DNA from: Candidatus Latescibacterota bacterium
GTDB taxonomy: Bacteria; Latescibacterota; UBA2968; UBA8231
Length of the DNA stretch: 64,000 nt
NCBI GenBank assembly: GCA_965215195.1
Contig: CBDCDC010000002.1
Span: 3,552,001-3,616,000, forward strand
Reading direction: 5' to 3'
Shown here in pieces: positions 19,089-29,672 of this stretch (positions are counted from its first letter, which is position 1; each line of letters starts with the position of its first letter). The translations under genes and the position numbers were made by a program. The notes under the pieces are model-generated. The model did not search any database and was not told the origin of the DNA. It saw nothing but the letters and a program-made list of their open reading frames with translations.

Positions 19089-21734
19089 ATGAAATGGACT
19101 TTGGCAGCGGTGGCGTTGTTGATGGCGGCACTGGCGTGGGCTCAGGACCCGGCGGTGGTGCCAAGTGCATCCGGGACAATTCCGACGGACCGTCCGGGCG
19201 AGAACATCGCACTAGGGGCGAGCTACACGATAGAGCCGGGGCCGAATTACGGGCTTTGCTCGGACCCCGGTGATCACGAACAACTGACGGACGGGGTCTA
19301 CACGGAGGGCTATTTCTGGGCGCAGATATCGACCGTGGGCTGGCAGGAAAAGACGCCCTCGATCCTGACGCTGGATTTGGGTGCGGTGAAACCGATACGC
19401 GGGGTATCGTTCCACACGGCGGCGGGTTTTGCGGACGTGAGGTGGCCGCTGACGATCCGCATCCTCGTGGCGGGTGAAGACAGGGAATTCCATGAAATCG
19501 GGGACTTGGTGCAGTTGAGCGCAGAACAACACGGTCCGCTCGTACCGACGAAGGCGAGCGATGCCATGTGGGCCCAGGGCGGCGCGAGTTTCAATGAAGC
19601 CGAGATACACCATCATTACGACCTCCACCGGGATCGCTACCCACCGGAGCTCACCGCCGAAGTGCGTCAGCAGATCCTCCGAGATCTCGATGAGGAGCGC
19701 ACCGCTAAGTATGGGACCTATCGGTACTGGACGGACCGGTTGCGGACGCACGGGCGATATGTCAGCCTCGTTGTGTGGAACGAGCCGTATACATTCGTGG
19801 ACGAGATCGAGGTTTACGCGGGAGAGCCGGAGTGGGTGGGTGAGCCGATGCCGGGGCCAGTCATTGCAGACGTGAAGGAGTATGTGCGCCGGATCGCCAT
19901 CCAGAAAGGGATTCGGACGCGCCTTGTGCGGGACATTGAGGCCCTGAAAGAAGCGGTGGAAGAAGAGGATGTCCCGGCGCAGACGCAGGGCGATGTGCTG
20001 AGCGAGTTGGCGTCTGTGGAAGGGGAGTTGGGGCTGGCCACCGCGTTCGGGGATGACTTCCAAGCCGTGCTGCCGTTGAATCCGTGGCACGAACGGGTGT
20101 TGCGTACGCAGGCGTGGCTCTGGCGCGCCAGAGGATTTGAGCCGCTCACGTTCTGGTGCTCGAATCTGTGGGATCCGCTGCCGCTCATCGGCACGCCGGA
20201 CGCGGCGGCGGAATTGGCCGTCGAGGTGCATCTGATGCGCAGGGAATACCGCGCGGCGGCGTTCAATGTGAGCAACAGCAGTGACGAGCCGATGCAGGTG
20301 ATGTTCCGCTTGAGCGGGCTGCCTGGAGGCGACAATCCGGGGTATGTGACCGTTCACGAGGTGGCTTGGACGGACACGCGGTCCGGGGTGCCGGTGGCGG
20401 CGGCCCTGCCAGAGGTTGTTGTCGAGAACGATCTGTATGCGGTGACCGTGCCCTCGGGCATGACGCGGCAGGTGTGGCTGACATTCCATCCGGTGGAGGT
20501 GGAGCCGGGCACCTACGAGGGCGAAGTCGTCGTGGAGTCTGTGTCCGGGGGCAGGAAATTTCCGTTGCGCATGTACCTGTATCCCTTGGATTTCCCGGAG
20601 CAGCAGTCGCTGCATCTGGGCGGATGGGACTATACGGATCAGGTCGGTCATTTCCGCTTTGTGACAGAGCAGAACCGGTTGGCGCTCATTGAGCACCTGC
20701 GCGACCATTTCGTCGACTCGCCGTGGGCCCTCAAACTGGCGCTGCCGCGGGGTACGCACAATGCGCAGGGGGCAATGACGGCACCACCCGCCACCGACCA
20801 CTTCGATGCGTGGATCGAATTGTGGCCGGATGCAGCCCAGTACCTCGTGTTCGCGAAAGTGGGCGACCATTTCGAGGCGTGGCCCATGGGCACGCCAGAA
20901 TTCACGACCGCGGTGAAGGCGTGGGTGACGTTCTGGGCGGAGCATATGGTGGCGAAGGGGTTGAAGCCGGAGCAGTTCGCGCTGCTGCTGGTGGATGAGC
21001 CTGACGAGCCGTGGATGGACGAGCGCATTCTGGCGTGGGCGAAGGCGATCCGCGAAGCAGACACGGGCGTCCGCATCTGGGAGGATACGAACCACCGGGA
21101 CATGGACGACGCGGATCAGGAGATGATTGATGCGTGCCACGTGTTGTGCCCGAACTATTCAGCCTTCCTGAGACAGGGCGAGGACTATCGCGACTACTAC
21201 CTGAAGAAGCGCGATCAGGGGATCGGCTTGGAGTTCTATGCGGCGTGGACGGGTCGAGTTTTTGATCCGTACGCGGGCCGGCTTATGGCGTGGTCGAGCT
21301 GGCGCTATGGGGCGACGGCAATCTACATGTGGTCATTGGGCGACACGGCCGGCGCGTCATCGTGGAACGAGTACCTGACTTTCAAGGATCCATACACGCC
21401 CTTGTTTATCGCCGAGGACTCGGTGACGGCCGGGAAACACCTCGAGGCGGTGCGGGAGGGGGTGGAGGACTACGAGTATTTCGCGATGTTGGACCAGGCG
21501 ATCAAGAACGCGTCTGCGCAGGGGGCGACGGGGCCGGAGGTGGAGGCGGCACATCGCCTGCTAGAGAGCCTGCCGGCCAAGGTCTGTGATGCGGCGGGCC
21601 ACGTGGGTGGGATGGACTCCGCCCAGCCGCTGGGCGGCTTTCACTGGCTGAACGAAAAAGTGGACCGCACACTGGCGGACAAGGCGCGGATCCAGGTGTT
21701 GGAGACCTTGACGGCACTGGTTGAGCATCACTGA
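19089..21734 (+). CDS. Secreted protein with discoidin-like N-domain and DUF4091/GH123-like C-terminal region
   Basis: Signal peptide, LTDG...LTLDLGAVKPI, LVDEP, EAVREGVEDYEYFAML. Confidence 0.7.
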   Translation: MKWTLAAVALLMAALAWAQDPAVVPSASGTIPTDRPGENIALGASYTIEPGPNYGLCSDPGDHEQLTDGVYTEGYFWAQISTVGWQEKTPSILTLDLGAVKPIRGVSFHTAAGFADVRWPLTIRILVAGEDREFHEIGDLVQLSAEQHGPLVPTKASDAMWAQGGASFNEAEIHHHYDLHRDRYPPELTAEVRQQILRDLDEERTAKYGTYRYWTDRLRTHGRYVSLVVWNEPYTFVDEIEVYAGEPEWVGEPMPGPVIADVKEYVRRIAIQKGIRTRLVRDIEALKEAVEEEDVPAQTQGDVLSELASVEGELGLATAFGDDFQAVLPLNPWHERVLRTQAWLWRARGFEPLTFWCSNLWDPLPLIGTPDAAAELAVEVHLMRREYRAAAFNVSNSSDEPMQVMFRLSGLPGGDNPGYVTVHEVAWTDTRSGVPVAAALPEVVVENDLYAVTVPSGMTRQVWLTFHPVEVEPGTYEGEVVVESVSGGRKFPLRMYLYPLDFPEQQSLHLGGWDYTDQVGHFRFVTEQNRLALIEHLRDHFVDSPWALKLALPRGTHNAQGAMTAPPATDHFDAWIELWPDAAQYLVFAKVGDHFEAWPMGTPEFTTAVKAWVTFWAEHMVAKGLKPEQFALLLVDEPDEPWMDERILAWAKAIREADTGVRIWEDTNHRDMDDADQEMIDACHVLCPNYSAFLRQGEDYRDYYLKKRDQGIGLEFYAAWTGRVFDPYAGRLMAWSSWRYGATAIYMWSLGDTAGASSWNEYLTFKDPYTPLFIAEDSVTAGKHLEAVREGVEDYEYFAMLDQAIKNASAQGATGPEVEAAHRLLESLPAKVCDAAGHVGGMDSAQPLGGFHWLNEKVDRTLADKARIQVLETLTALVEHH

Positions 21735-21904
21735 CCACGACTTGTCGTGCGCTCGCAATCTATTTCAGCAGCCGAACGTCTTTGTCCCCCTACGGCCTGC
21801 CAGAGTCCATCCCTGACATATATACGTGCCATCACGCCGCTGAGGAAATGAAACGGATGAACCTATGACGTGCGTTAAGGCGTGGGGCTTCACCGTTGCA
21901 GAAG

Positions 21905-22399
21905 AAGCTGTCGGTCCACGGGGGCAGGTGCCGTTCCTCCAAGAAAGTCGCTGTTTTGAAGCGTCGGGCAGCATGACGTGCTCCACCTCAATATGCACGA
22001 AGACGAGACGGACAAGACCGCGATGTTTTCGCGGAAGTGCCTGACCTGTCACGAGCAGTCCTTAGTACACGACCCCTAAAGTAGACGACCCTTACTTTGA
22101 GTACGCCTTTTCTGCTGTTTCCGCTGGGTCCGGGATCGAGGGCGTCTCGCCCTCGACGAGGGCAAGATGCCCTCGATCCTTGGCAGGCTGAAGGCTGGTG
22201 TCGTGTAGTAAGCGAGTAGTCCCACGCTGAAGAGTCCGAATTAGCGCAGGGCGACCGCTGTACCGAATGCCACATGCCCGATCAGCTAGCGAGCAATCTA
22301 CTGGTGTACCACGAGGGAGAGGAGTGGTTCCTGTCAATGGCCAATCACCGCATCGGGATCTGCGCACCGTCTATCGCGTTAGAAAGGGGGAACACTTGA
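21905..22399 (+). pseudogene. C-terminal remnant of a multiheme c-type cytochrome, frameshifted and MITE-interrupted
   Basis: Manual translation: QVPFLQESRCFEASGSMTCST / NMHEDE...KCLTCHEQ [MITE] SHAE...RCTECHMP...MANHRIGI. Confidence 0.75.
22061..22212. mobile_element. MITE copy 1 (152 bp)
   Basis: TIRs CTTAGTACACGAC and GTCGTGTAGTAAG; 9-bp TSD CGAGCAGTC/CGAGTAGTC; homologous copy at 52375. Confidence 0.9.
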
Positions 22400-22562
22400 T
22401 CAAACAAGCATGCGGACATGGCTTTCTCCTTGACTTTCACATGCGTACCTTTCATTAGATCATAGTGCGTTTGGCAACATCAACGACTCTAGAGCAGCTA
22501 GCCACGCTTGGGGGTGCTTGACATTTCTAATGATATCAGGTTCCGCCAAATTTTTCTGCCAG

Positions 22563-24524
22563 ATGACGACAGGAATGTTCCTGCTTGTCTTAATTGCCCT
22601 CGCTCTCAATGCGCGCGACGCTTCGGGCGTGATCGTCTACCGCATCGGCACGCCCTTTTCCAAGGCGGAAAAGGATAGCTTGGAGAGGATCGGCATCGAT
22701 TTCAGGGAGCTCGGCTGGTCGGAAAACTCGCAGCTAGAGGACGCCCTTGACCCGGACTCGCTACAGGCGGGCGTACTGCAGCCCAATTTCTTCGCCGAAG
22801 ACGAGGATATCGCCGCAACGCTGTTGAGCAGAGACGGCTGGGTGGCAGTGCAGCGGGAAGCTGGTAGGAGCAACTTCGACCAGGCGATCGGAAACCTGCT
22901 GGTCGATCAGGACCCGAGTACGGCGCACACGTGGAAGGCCATAGATCAAGCGACCCTCGACTTTCGCGCCGCCTGTTGCAACGACCCCGGTGCATCGTTG
23001 AGAGTGCATTTCGATCTAGGCGGACGATTCCTCATCAGAGAGGTGAGACTGCGGCCTCTGGCGGACAGGTCGGATCACTTCTTGGAGCAATTCGTCATCG
23101 GTGTCAGCGACGAGAGATACGGTATAGTTGGCCACGTCCCGAATCTCCCAACTGTTGTGGAGGTAGAGGGCAATACTGAACCCGAAGTCAGCGTGATGCT
23201 CAATCGACCCGTGACGACCAACTTTGTGCAGTTGCGGATCCTTCGGCAAACGCCCAAGGAGATCGGGCTGGCCGCTTTCGAGTTGTACGGGGGGGGATAC
23301 GTGAGGAAGGCCTCCTATGAATCCGACGTCATCGAACTGGACGACATCGCCAGTCTAGGCGAGATCCGCTGGTTGGGACAGCAGGATCCCCACGCCCAGG
23401 TCGCGATCCGCACCCGGGCAGGAACCGATCCGCACCCGGTCATTTTCTGGGAGACCCGCCCCGAGCAGCAGGACATCGTCAGGTTTCTCCAAGGGGGCGG
23501 CGATCTGAGTCTGACGGAGTACAAGCGCCGGTATCACAAACTGGCTGATTTCCTCAAACCGGAAGACGAGCAGGACAGGATGCGTCCCGACACGGAGCAC
23601 TGGAGCTTCTATTCGAGTCCGTATGCGTTCGGGCATCCTGGGGTCCCTATTGCATCCCCCGGGCCGCGGAAGTTCGTCCAGCTCAGAGTGGATTTTGCCT
23701 CTACCACCGTCGCAGAGGGGGGCAAGATCGACTACATAGAGTTCAAGGCGTCGGTCCCGCCGTTGGTTCGCCGCTTGGTAGGGGAGATTCACCCGACCGA
23801 GACCGAGGTGGGCGAAGCGACGCAATTTACGTATTACATCAGTCCGACGATCCGGTCCATCGACAGCAGTTTTGACGGGGTGGAGATCGCGACGCCTTCA
23901 GGGGTGGTGTCGGTTGATTCGCTGCGCCTAGCCGGCATCAATCAGGAGGATTTCTCGTGGACTATCCACGCAGACGGTCTGGGGTTTGAGGGTCTGCTCC
24001 CGCGCCGGCTGGAGCCGACGGACAGCGGTGCGCTGGTGGAGGTGGTGTTCACCGCTCCGGTACTGAGAGAAGTGGGCACCCTGTTTGCAGGCCGGGTGTT
24101 CGACTCGACTAGGCCGCACGAGGTGCGGCAGCGGGTCGTGCCGGGCAATGCTACCGATGAGATCGAAGGCGATCGTTTGTCGGTGAGAACGGCCCTGAGC
24201 GAGTCGCTGGTGTTTTCGCCGCGGATCTCGCCGAATCCGTTCACGCCGAACGGCGATGGGGTGAATGAGGTGGTGAACATATCGTACAAGCTGCTGCGGT
24301 TGACCGCAGCGGTGCCGGTGTCGCTCGAGATCTACGATCTGTCGGGCCGGCTGGTGAGGTGGGTGTATAAGGGGGAGGATCCGGTGGGTGAGTACAGCCA
24401 CGTGTGGGATGGCCGGGACGACTCGAACGGGCTGGTGCCGCCGGGGCTGTATCTGTACCGGCTGGTGGTGGACGTGCAGTCAGAGAAGGAGACCCGCAGC
24501 GGCGTCGTTGCGGTGGCCTATTGA
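22563..24524 (+). CDS. Exported discoidin-like plus FlgD-Ig/CHU_C-type protein (paralogue 1)
   Basis: Signal peptide, FDLGGRF, IASPGPRKFVQLR, PNPFTPNGDGVN, IYDLSGRLVR, WDGRD...PPGLYL; ends VAVAY. Confidence 0.8.
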   Translation: MTTGMFLLVLIALALNARDASGVIVYRIGTPFSKAEKDSLERIGIDFRELGWSENSQLEDALDPDSLQAGVLQPNFFAEDEDIAATLLSRDGWVAVQREAGRSNFDQAIGNLLVDQDPSTAHTWKAIDQATLDFRAACCNDPGASLRVHFDLGGRFLIREVRLRPLADRSDHFLEQFVIGVSDERYGIVGHVPNLPTVVEVEGNTEPEVSVMLNRPVTTNFVQLRILRQTPKEIGLAAFELYGGGYVRKASYESDVIELDDIASLGEIRWLGQQDPHAQVAIRTRAGTDPHPVIFWETRPEQQDIVRFLQGGGDLSLTEYKRRYHKLADFLKPEDEQDRMRPDTEHWSFYSSPYAFGHPGVPIASPGPRKFVQLRVDFASTTVAEGGKIDYIEFKASVPPLVRRLVGEIHPTETEVGEATQFTYYISPTIRSIDSSFDGVEIATPSGVVSVDSLRLAGINQEDFSWTIHADGLGFEGLLPRRLEPTDSGALVEVVFTAPVLREVGTLFAGRVFDSTRPHEVRQRVVPGNATDEIEGDRLSVRTALSESLVFSPRISPNPFTPNGDGVNEVVNISYKLLRLTAAVPVSLEIYDLSGRLVRWVYKGEDPVGEYSHVWDGRDDSNGLVPPGLYLYRLVVDVQSEKETRSGVVAVAY

Positions 24525-24541
24525 TAATCGTTTTTTTTAGC

Positions 24542-26155
24542 ATGACCAGCACTGAGTTGCGTCGCCAATGCTGTCGACGGAAAGCTCGCGGTGGCGGCCC
24601 CAATACTGGGGCCGGACTGCTCGTCGGCTGCGCGGCATTCGCCATCTGCTTCTTGGTATGCACCCAGAAGCTTCTCAGCGAGGAGTCCGACGGACTCGTG
24701 GCGTCGCCAATGCCGTCGACGGAAAGTTCCCGACAGAGTGAACACCACTACAGACTCGGTCTGCGCCATGCGCAGAGCGGTGACTTCCAGAGCGCCGAGC
24801 GGGAATACAGGAAAGCGATCGAGATGGACTCGAATGACATTCGCCCGCACGACGGCCTCGGTTTCATCTATGCTTTGCAGAACAGATTCCGAGAGGCAGA
24901 GGCAGAATTCGAGAGAGTACTGGAGATCAACCCCGACTATGCGCCGTCTCTCTACAAGCTGGGAAAGATCTTCCTGATCCGCCAAGATCGCGAAAAAGCG
25001 AAGGATGCCTACGAAAGAGTGATCGCATCTGAGCCGACATACTTCCCCGCTCATCACGGGCTCGGCATGATCTACTCGCAGGAGGGAAAACCGGCGGCGG
25101 CGGCGGAGCACTTCAAGACTGTGCTCCGGCTCAAGTCCGACTACGGCCCCTCTCGCTATCGACTTGGAGCCATCTATCTTCAGGAACAGGAATACGCGAA
25201 AGCGATAGAAGAACTACAGCAGGCTGCACAGCTAATCGAGAATGAACCGTCAATTCACTACATCTTGGGAAATGCGTACATGGCCATCGGCAGACTGAGC
25301 GAAGCAGCAGACGCATTTGCCGCAACCCTGCGGCTCGACCCCCGCCGTGCAGATGCGCACGACAAGCTGGGGCTCGTCTACACCGAACAATCACACGTGC
25401 CCTTGGGAGCGGCAATGGCAGACCAAGACAAACTCGCTGCCGCCGTGAAGGAACACCGCGAGGCGGTTGAGCTGGCCCCCGACAACGGCTGGTTCCAGCA
25501 CAACCTCGGCATGGCCTATGAGCGGCAGCGCAACTACGAGGAAGCGGCGGCCCAGTACAGAAAGACCCTGACGGTGGAGCCCGACCTTGCGTACACGCGC
25601 TATCGCCTCGGTATGATTTACTTTAGAAACAGGAAATACGAGGAGGCTATCGACCAGTACAGGCAGGCAATTGAGCGCGGGCCGGACAACACGCTCTTCC
25701 ACTACGCCCTCGGAGCTGTGTATGCCCGGACCGGAAGGACCGAAGAGGCGATTGCGGAGTATGAGAAGGCCATCGGACTTGACTACTTCAACGCAGAAGC
25801 GCATTTCGGTCTCGCTAACGCCTATCTCAAGCAAGGGAATCGCGAAGAGGGCGAGAGGGAGATGCAGATATACTGGAAGCAGCGCGAAGGCAACATCGCC
25901 GAACTCGAGCGCAGCGTCGCCTTGGCCCCGGACAATCCTCAGTTTCACTTCGCGCTCGCTGTGCAGTACTCCAGACAGGGGCGGGACATCAGCGCCATCA
26001 ATGAGTACAAGCTCGCCATTGCTCTCGACCCTGCCAATGCCGAATACCATCGCCGTCTCGGCGACGCCTACCTGAAAACGGGCAGGTACCATGAAGCGGA
26101 TGAGCAGTTCCAGCTCGCTCGCCGACTGGAGCCGGCAGACGAGAACGGACCCTGA
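24542..26155 (+). CDS. TPR-repeat protein
   Basis: Regular 34-aa TPR units after an N-terminal hydrophobic segment; start uncertain. Confidence 0.85.
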   Translation: MTSTELRRQCCRRKARGGGPNTGAGLLVGCAAFAICFLVCTQKLLSEESDGLVASPMPSTESSRQSEHHYRLGLRHAQSGDFQSAEREYRKAIEMDSNDIRPHDGLGFIYALQNRFREAEAEFERVLEINPDYAPSLYKLGKIFLIRQDREKAKDAYERVIASEPTYFPAHHGLGMIYSQEGKPAAAAEHFKTVLRLKSDYGPSRYRLGAIYLQEQEYAKAIEELQQAAQLIENEPSIHYILGNAYMAIGRLSEAADAFAATLRLDPRRADAHDKLGLVYTEQSHVPLGAAMADQDKLAAAVKEHREAVELAPDNGWFQHNLGMAYERQRNYEEAAAQYRKTLTVEPDLAYTRYRLGMIYFRNRKYEEAIDQYRQAIERGPDNTLFHYALGAVYARTGRTEEAIAEYEKAIGLDYFNAEAHFGLANAYLKQGNREEGEREMQIYWKQREGNIAELERSVALAPDNPQFHFALAVQYSRQGRDISAINEYKLAIALDPANAEYHRRLGDAYLKTGRYHEADEQFQLARRLEPADENGP

Positions 26156-26166
26156 GCTGACACCGG

Positions 26167-27876
26167 ATGGTTCGCGGATCTCGCCTCTACACCTCTGGGC
26201 TCTATCTCATCTCGCTCTCCCTCTGTGGCCCCTTGCAGGCCGACGACGGGTTCGTGCTCGGCACCCGCGTACAGTTTGTCGATGTCTCGGCCGAGGTCGG
26301 CGTCACCTTGATGAACGTCTCCGGTGATGGCGAACAGCAGTACGTGGTTGATGCCTTCATGGGGGGGTCGGCCTTCTTCGACTACGACCGGGATGGGGAC
26401 CTAGATCTGTATGTGCTGAACGGGTCGAGAGTGGGAGGATTTCCCGGCCGGGATCGTCCGCGCAATGCCCTCTACCGCAACGAGGGTGCGACGTTTTCGA
26501 ACGCCACAGAAGAATCGGGTCTCGGGGACACCGGTTGGGGAATGGGCTGCGCTGTCGCCGATTACGACAACGACGGGGATGGGGACATCTACGTGACCAA
26601 CTACGGCAGCAACGCGCTGTACGAAAATCGGGGAGATGGGGTCTTTGCCGATGTCGCGCAGCGCACCGGAGTCTTCGGAGATGAGGCATTCAGCACTGGA
26701 TGTGCTTTCTTCGACTACGACCGCGATGGTGATCTCGACCTGTATGTGGCGAACTACGTCGATTTCGATCATTTCATGGAAACCACTCCCGACAGGAGGC
26801 ACGAGTGGCGGGGGTTGACCGTCCATTTCGGACCTCACGGGATGCGGGGAGAGGCGGACGTATTCTACCGCAACGAGGGCGAAGGCGTCTTTTCCGATGC
26901 GACGGCCGTAGCCGGTCTTGTGGAGCGCGACATGCTGTACGGACTCGGTGTAGTTGCGGGAGACTACGACAATGACGGCGATTCGGATATTTACGTGGCC
27001 AATGATACGGGGCCCAACTATCTCTACGAGAACAAGGGCGACGGGACCTTTACCGACGTGGCTTGGATGAAGGGTGCGGCATACGGCGAGGGCGGCGAGC
27101 CACAGGGATGCATGGGCATCGCCTTCGGGGACTACGACAACGACGCGTATCCAGACATACTGGTCACCAACTTTTGGGAAGAGACGAACACCTTGTATCA
27201 CAACGACGGAGGGCGGTTTTTCTCGGATCGCACTTTCGATGCGGGAGTGGGGTTGGAGAGCTTCCAGTTCCTCGCTTGGGGCACCGGGTTCTTCGACTAC
27301 GACAACGATGGCGACAAGGATCTTTTCGTCGCCAACGGCCATGTCTATCCGCAGATCGACAGGGCGAACTTGGGAGTCAGCTATGCCCAGACCAATCAGC
27401 TGTTCGAGAACGTGGGGGATGGCACCTTTGCCGAAGTGTCCCGGACCTCGGGCGCGGGACTACAGATCGAGAAGGTAAGTAGGGGCGCTTCTTTCGGGGA
27501 TTATGATGAGGATGGCGACCTCGACATATTCATCTTGGAGCTCAACGATCTCCCGACGCTGCTGCGCAACGACGGGGGGGGTCGAAACAACTATCTGATA
27601 GTGCGAACGGAAGGCACCGAGAGCAACAGAGACGGCATCGGCGCTCGGGTAAAACTCCGCTGCGGGGACGCGACTCAGGTCGCTGAGGTGCGGAGCGGTT
27701 CGAGCTATCTATCGCAGAACGACTTGAGGGTCCACTTCGGCTTGGGCGAATGCACTACTGTAAACCGGCTGGAAGTATTCTGGCCGAGCGGTCTGGTCGA
27801 GAGCTTTGCAGATCTGTCCTCCAACAGGGTCTTGGTGATTCGCGAGGGAAGCGGAATCGTTCAGCAGAGCCAGTGA
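26167..27876 (+). CDS. CRTAC1-like FG-GAP/ASPIC-UnbV protein
   Basis: Repeated DYDxDGDxDLYV motifs; SNRDGIGARV and SGSSYLSQNDLRVHFGLG. Confidence 0.92.
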   Translation: MVRGSRLYTSGLYLISLSLCGPLQADDGFVLGTRVQFVDVSAEVGVTLMNVSGDGEQQYVVDAFMGGSAFFDYDRDGDLDLYVLNGSRVGGFPGRDRPRNALYRNEGATFSNATEESGLGDTGWGMGCAVADYDNDGDGDIYVTNYGSNALYENRGDGVFADVAQRTGVFGDEAFSTGCAFFDYDRDGDLDLYVANYVDFDHFMETTPDRRHEWRGLTVHFGPHGMRGEADVFYRNEGEGVFSDATAVAGLVERDMLYGLGVVAGDYDNDGDSDIYVANDTGPNYLYENKGDGTFTDVAWMKGAAYGEGGEPQGCMGIAFGDYDNDAYPDILVTNFWEETNTLYHNDGGRFFSDRTFDAGVGLESFQFLAWGTGFFDYDNDGDKDLFVANGHVYPQIDRANLGVSYAQTNQLFENVGDGTFAEVSRTSGAGLQIEKVSRGASFGDYDEDGDLDIFILELNDLPTLLRNDGGGRNNYLIVRTEGTESNRDGIGARVKLRCGDATQVAEVRSGSSYLSQNDLRVHFGLGECTTVNRLEVFWPSGLVESFADLSSNRVLVIREGSGIVQQSQ

Positions 27877-28140
27877 CGGCGGCCTGACGTGTATGGAACG
27901 CAACCGATCACCATCGGGGGGCAAAATAGTCACGACTCAACTCATCAGACGGTGTTTGCCCAACTCTTGATTGCAACAAAGAATCGCCCCTCGCTGGTTA
28001 GGCGGCTTCGTCGCTTTTGCCGGTGCAAAAACAGCATACTCTGCTTCCGTAAAATCGCAATAGCGCTCATTCTGGGCTTTCCCCTACTGGAGGAACTGTA
28101 CAGTTGGGAACCAACGACGAGGTTGAGCAAAGGGGAGATC

Positions 28141-29565
28141 ATGTTCGAGCAAATCGGCAAAGGTATCAACGTGGATGTCTCCCATCTTGAAGGTGGTCCA
28201 CCCGAAAAGGTGTTGTATGATCCTGCCCAGTATGATGCCGTCCAAGCAGCGGGATTCCAAAGCGTCCGCTTCTTCGTTGGTGCTGGGGAAGATCCTGCTA
28301 TCTACAAAAACAGGATACAGGACGCGCTTGACCGAGACCTTGCTGTCGTGATCTGCTTGTGGGGGAGCGGTCAATGGGCATCGAAGCCGAAAGAAGGGAT
28401 ACAGGAGTTTGTCGCAATTTGGGATAGAATTGCGAAGTACTACAAGGACTACCCCGGTAGCGTTGTCTTTGAACTTTGGAACGAACCGGCGGGGCTGATA
28501 GTGGAACCGGGAGGGATTCAGGGGATAAAGGACGGCAAAACCGTTATGGAATACCTCAACGCGGCGATCCCCATCATCAGGAAGACCAACCCAGACCGCA
28601 CTCTCGGAATCGGCGGACCTGGCTTTAACGGGTGTCGCGAACTCGAGGAATTCGTCACACCGGAATATCTGACGTACAGGCTGGAAGACGGCTCAGGGTT
28701 TGAGGACGACACCAATATCATCGGCATCTTCCACATGTATCAACCTCACAAGTTCACGCATGGAACCTCGGGACTAGGCGAAGTTCCTCGGTGGAAGGAT
28801 GAAGTGAGAGAGCAGATGGCACACCCGGTGGCATGGTCGAAGAAATGGAGGAAGCCTCTGCTTCTGAGCGAATGGGGCGCTTGGGTGCCGCCCTGCCATA
28901 CGGTTGAAGACTTCAAGGCCTATATTGGGTTTGTGGTCGACGAATGCAAGAAACACAACATCGGCTGGATGTATTATTGTGCAGGTTTCAACAACCAATG
29001 GGCCTTCAACATTCTCAATACCGAGGACGGTTGGAACCAGGACGCACTTGATATCCTTACGGAAGTCACGGCCCCCCCGCCTCCGCCTATGTCGCCACTC
29101 ATCAATTCGGAGTTCAGCAGCGGAACTGATCACTGGACTAGCGAAGGGTCCGTGCAGATGTCCATGGCGAGGAGCGCAGGCCTGAGCGGCTTGGCTGCAC
29201 TCAAAGTGGAAATCAAAAAATCGGACCGTGCCGAAATCTATCAGGAAACCCCGAAGAGAGAGTGGAGTCCTCCGGGTAGATACCTGATCTCCCTGAGAAA
29301 GGGAAGGCTCTATAAGGTATCCTTCTTGGCCAAGTCCGTGGGTGGGATGGGAACTCTCAAAGTGCGATTGGCCGACGTCTCCGGTTCGAGCGATGGGTTT
29401 TGGACATCCCCGCCGGTGACAATCTCGAACGCAAAAAGGGAATATACGATTGAGTACAAGCATACCGGCAGGGATGTAAGAGATGTCCGGGTGGCGTTCC
29501 TGTTTGGCGACAGAGACCAGGTTACCCTGCTGGATCGAATTGCACTGCACGGCTATCGGGAATAG
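28141..29565 (+). CDS. GH5-family glycoside hydrolase with C-terminal CBM4/9-like domain
   Basis: FELWNEP, FHMY, LLSEWG, IGWMYY; start ATG 28141 after GGGGAG. Confidence 0.82.
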   Translation: MFEQIGKGINVDVSHLEGGPPEKVLYDPAQYDAVQAAGFQSVRFFVGAGEDPAIYKNRIQDALDRDLAVVICLWGSGQWASKPKEGIQEFVAIWDRIAKYYKDYPGSVVFELWNEPAGLIVEPGGIQGIKDGKTVMEYLNAAIPIIRKTNPDRTLGIGGPGFNGCRELEEFVTPEYLTYRLEDGSGFEDDTNIIGIFHMYQPHKFTHGTSGLGEVPRWKDEVREQMAHPVAWSKKWRKPLLLSEWGAWVPPCHTVEDFKAYIGFVVDECKKHNIGWMYYCAGFNNQWAFNILNTEDGWNQDALDILTEVTAPPPPPMSPLINSEFSSGTDHWTSEGSVQMSMARSAGLSGLAALKVEIKKSDRAEIYQETPKREWSPPGRYLISLRKGRLYKVSFLAKSVGGMGTLKVRLADVSGSSDGFWTSPPVTISNAKREYTIEYKHTGRDVRDVRVAFLFGDRDQVTLLDRIALHGYRE

Positions 29566-29672
29566 GTAGCAGCACTCGGAAAACGCGGATTACAGATCTG
29601 GCTAGCATCAGCCTAGAGACGACGGCTAAGGCCACCCCTCAGGCACTTTATTATTGAGGAGCGCGATGACCC

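Noticed and set aside
19212-21140. 642-aa antisense ORF and similar long shadow ORFs (e.g. 15586-16551, 26401-27342)
   Set aside because: They lie opposite well-supported genes in GC-rich DNA and carry no recognisable motifs.
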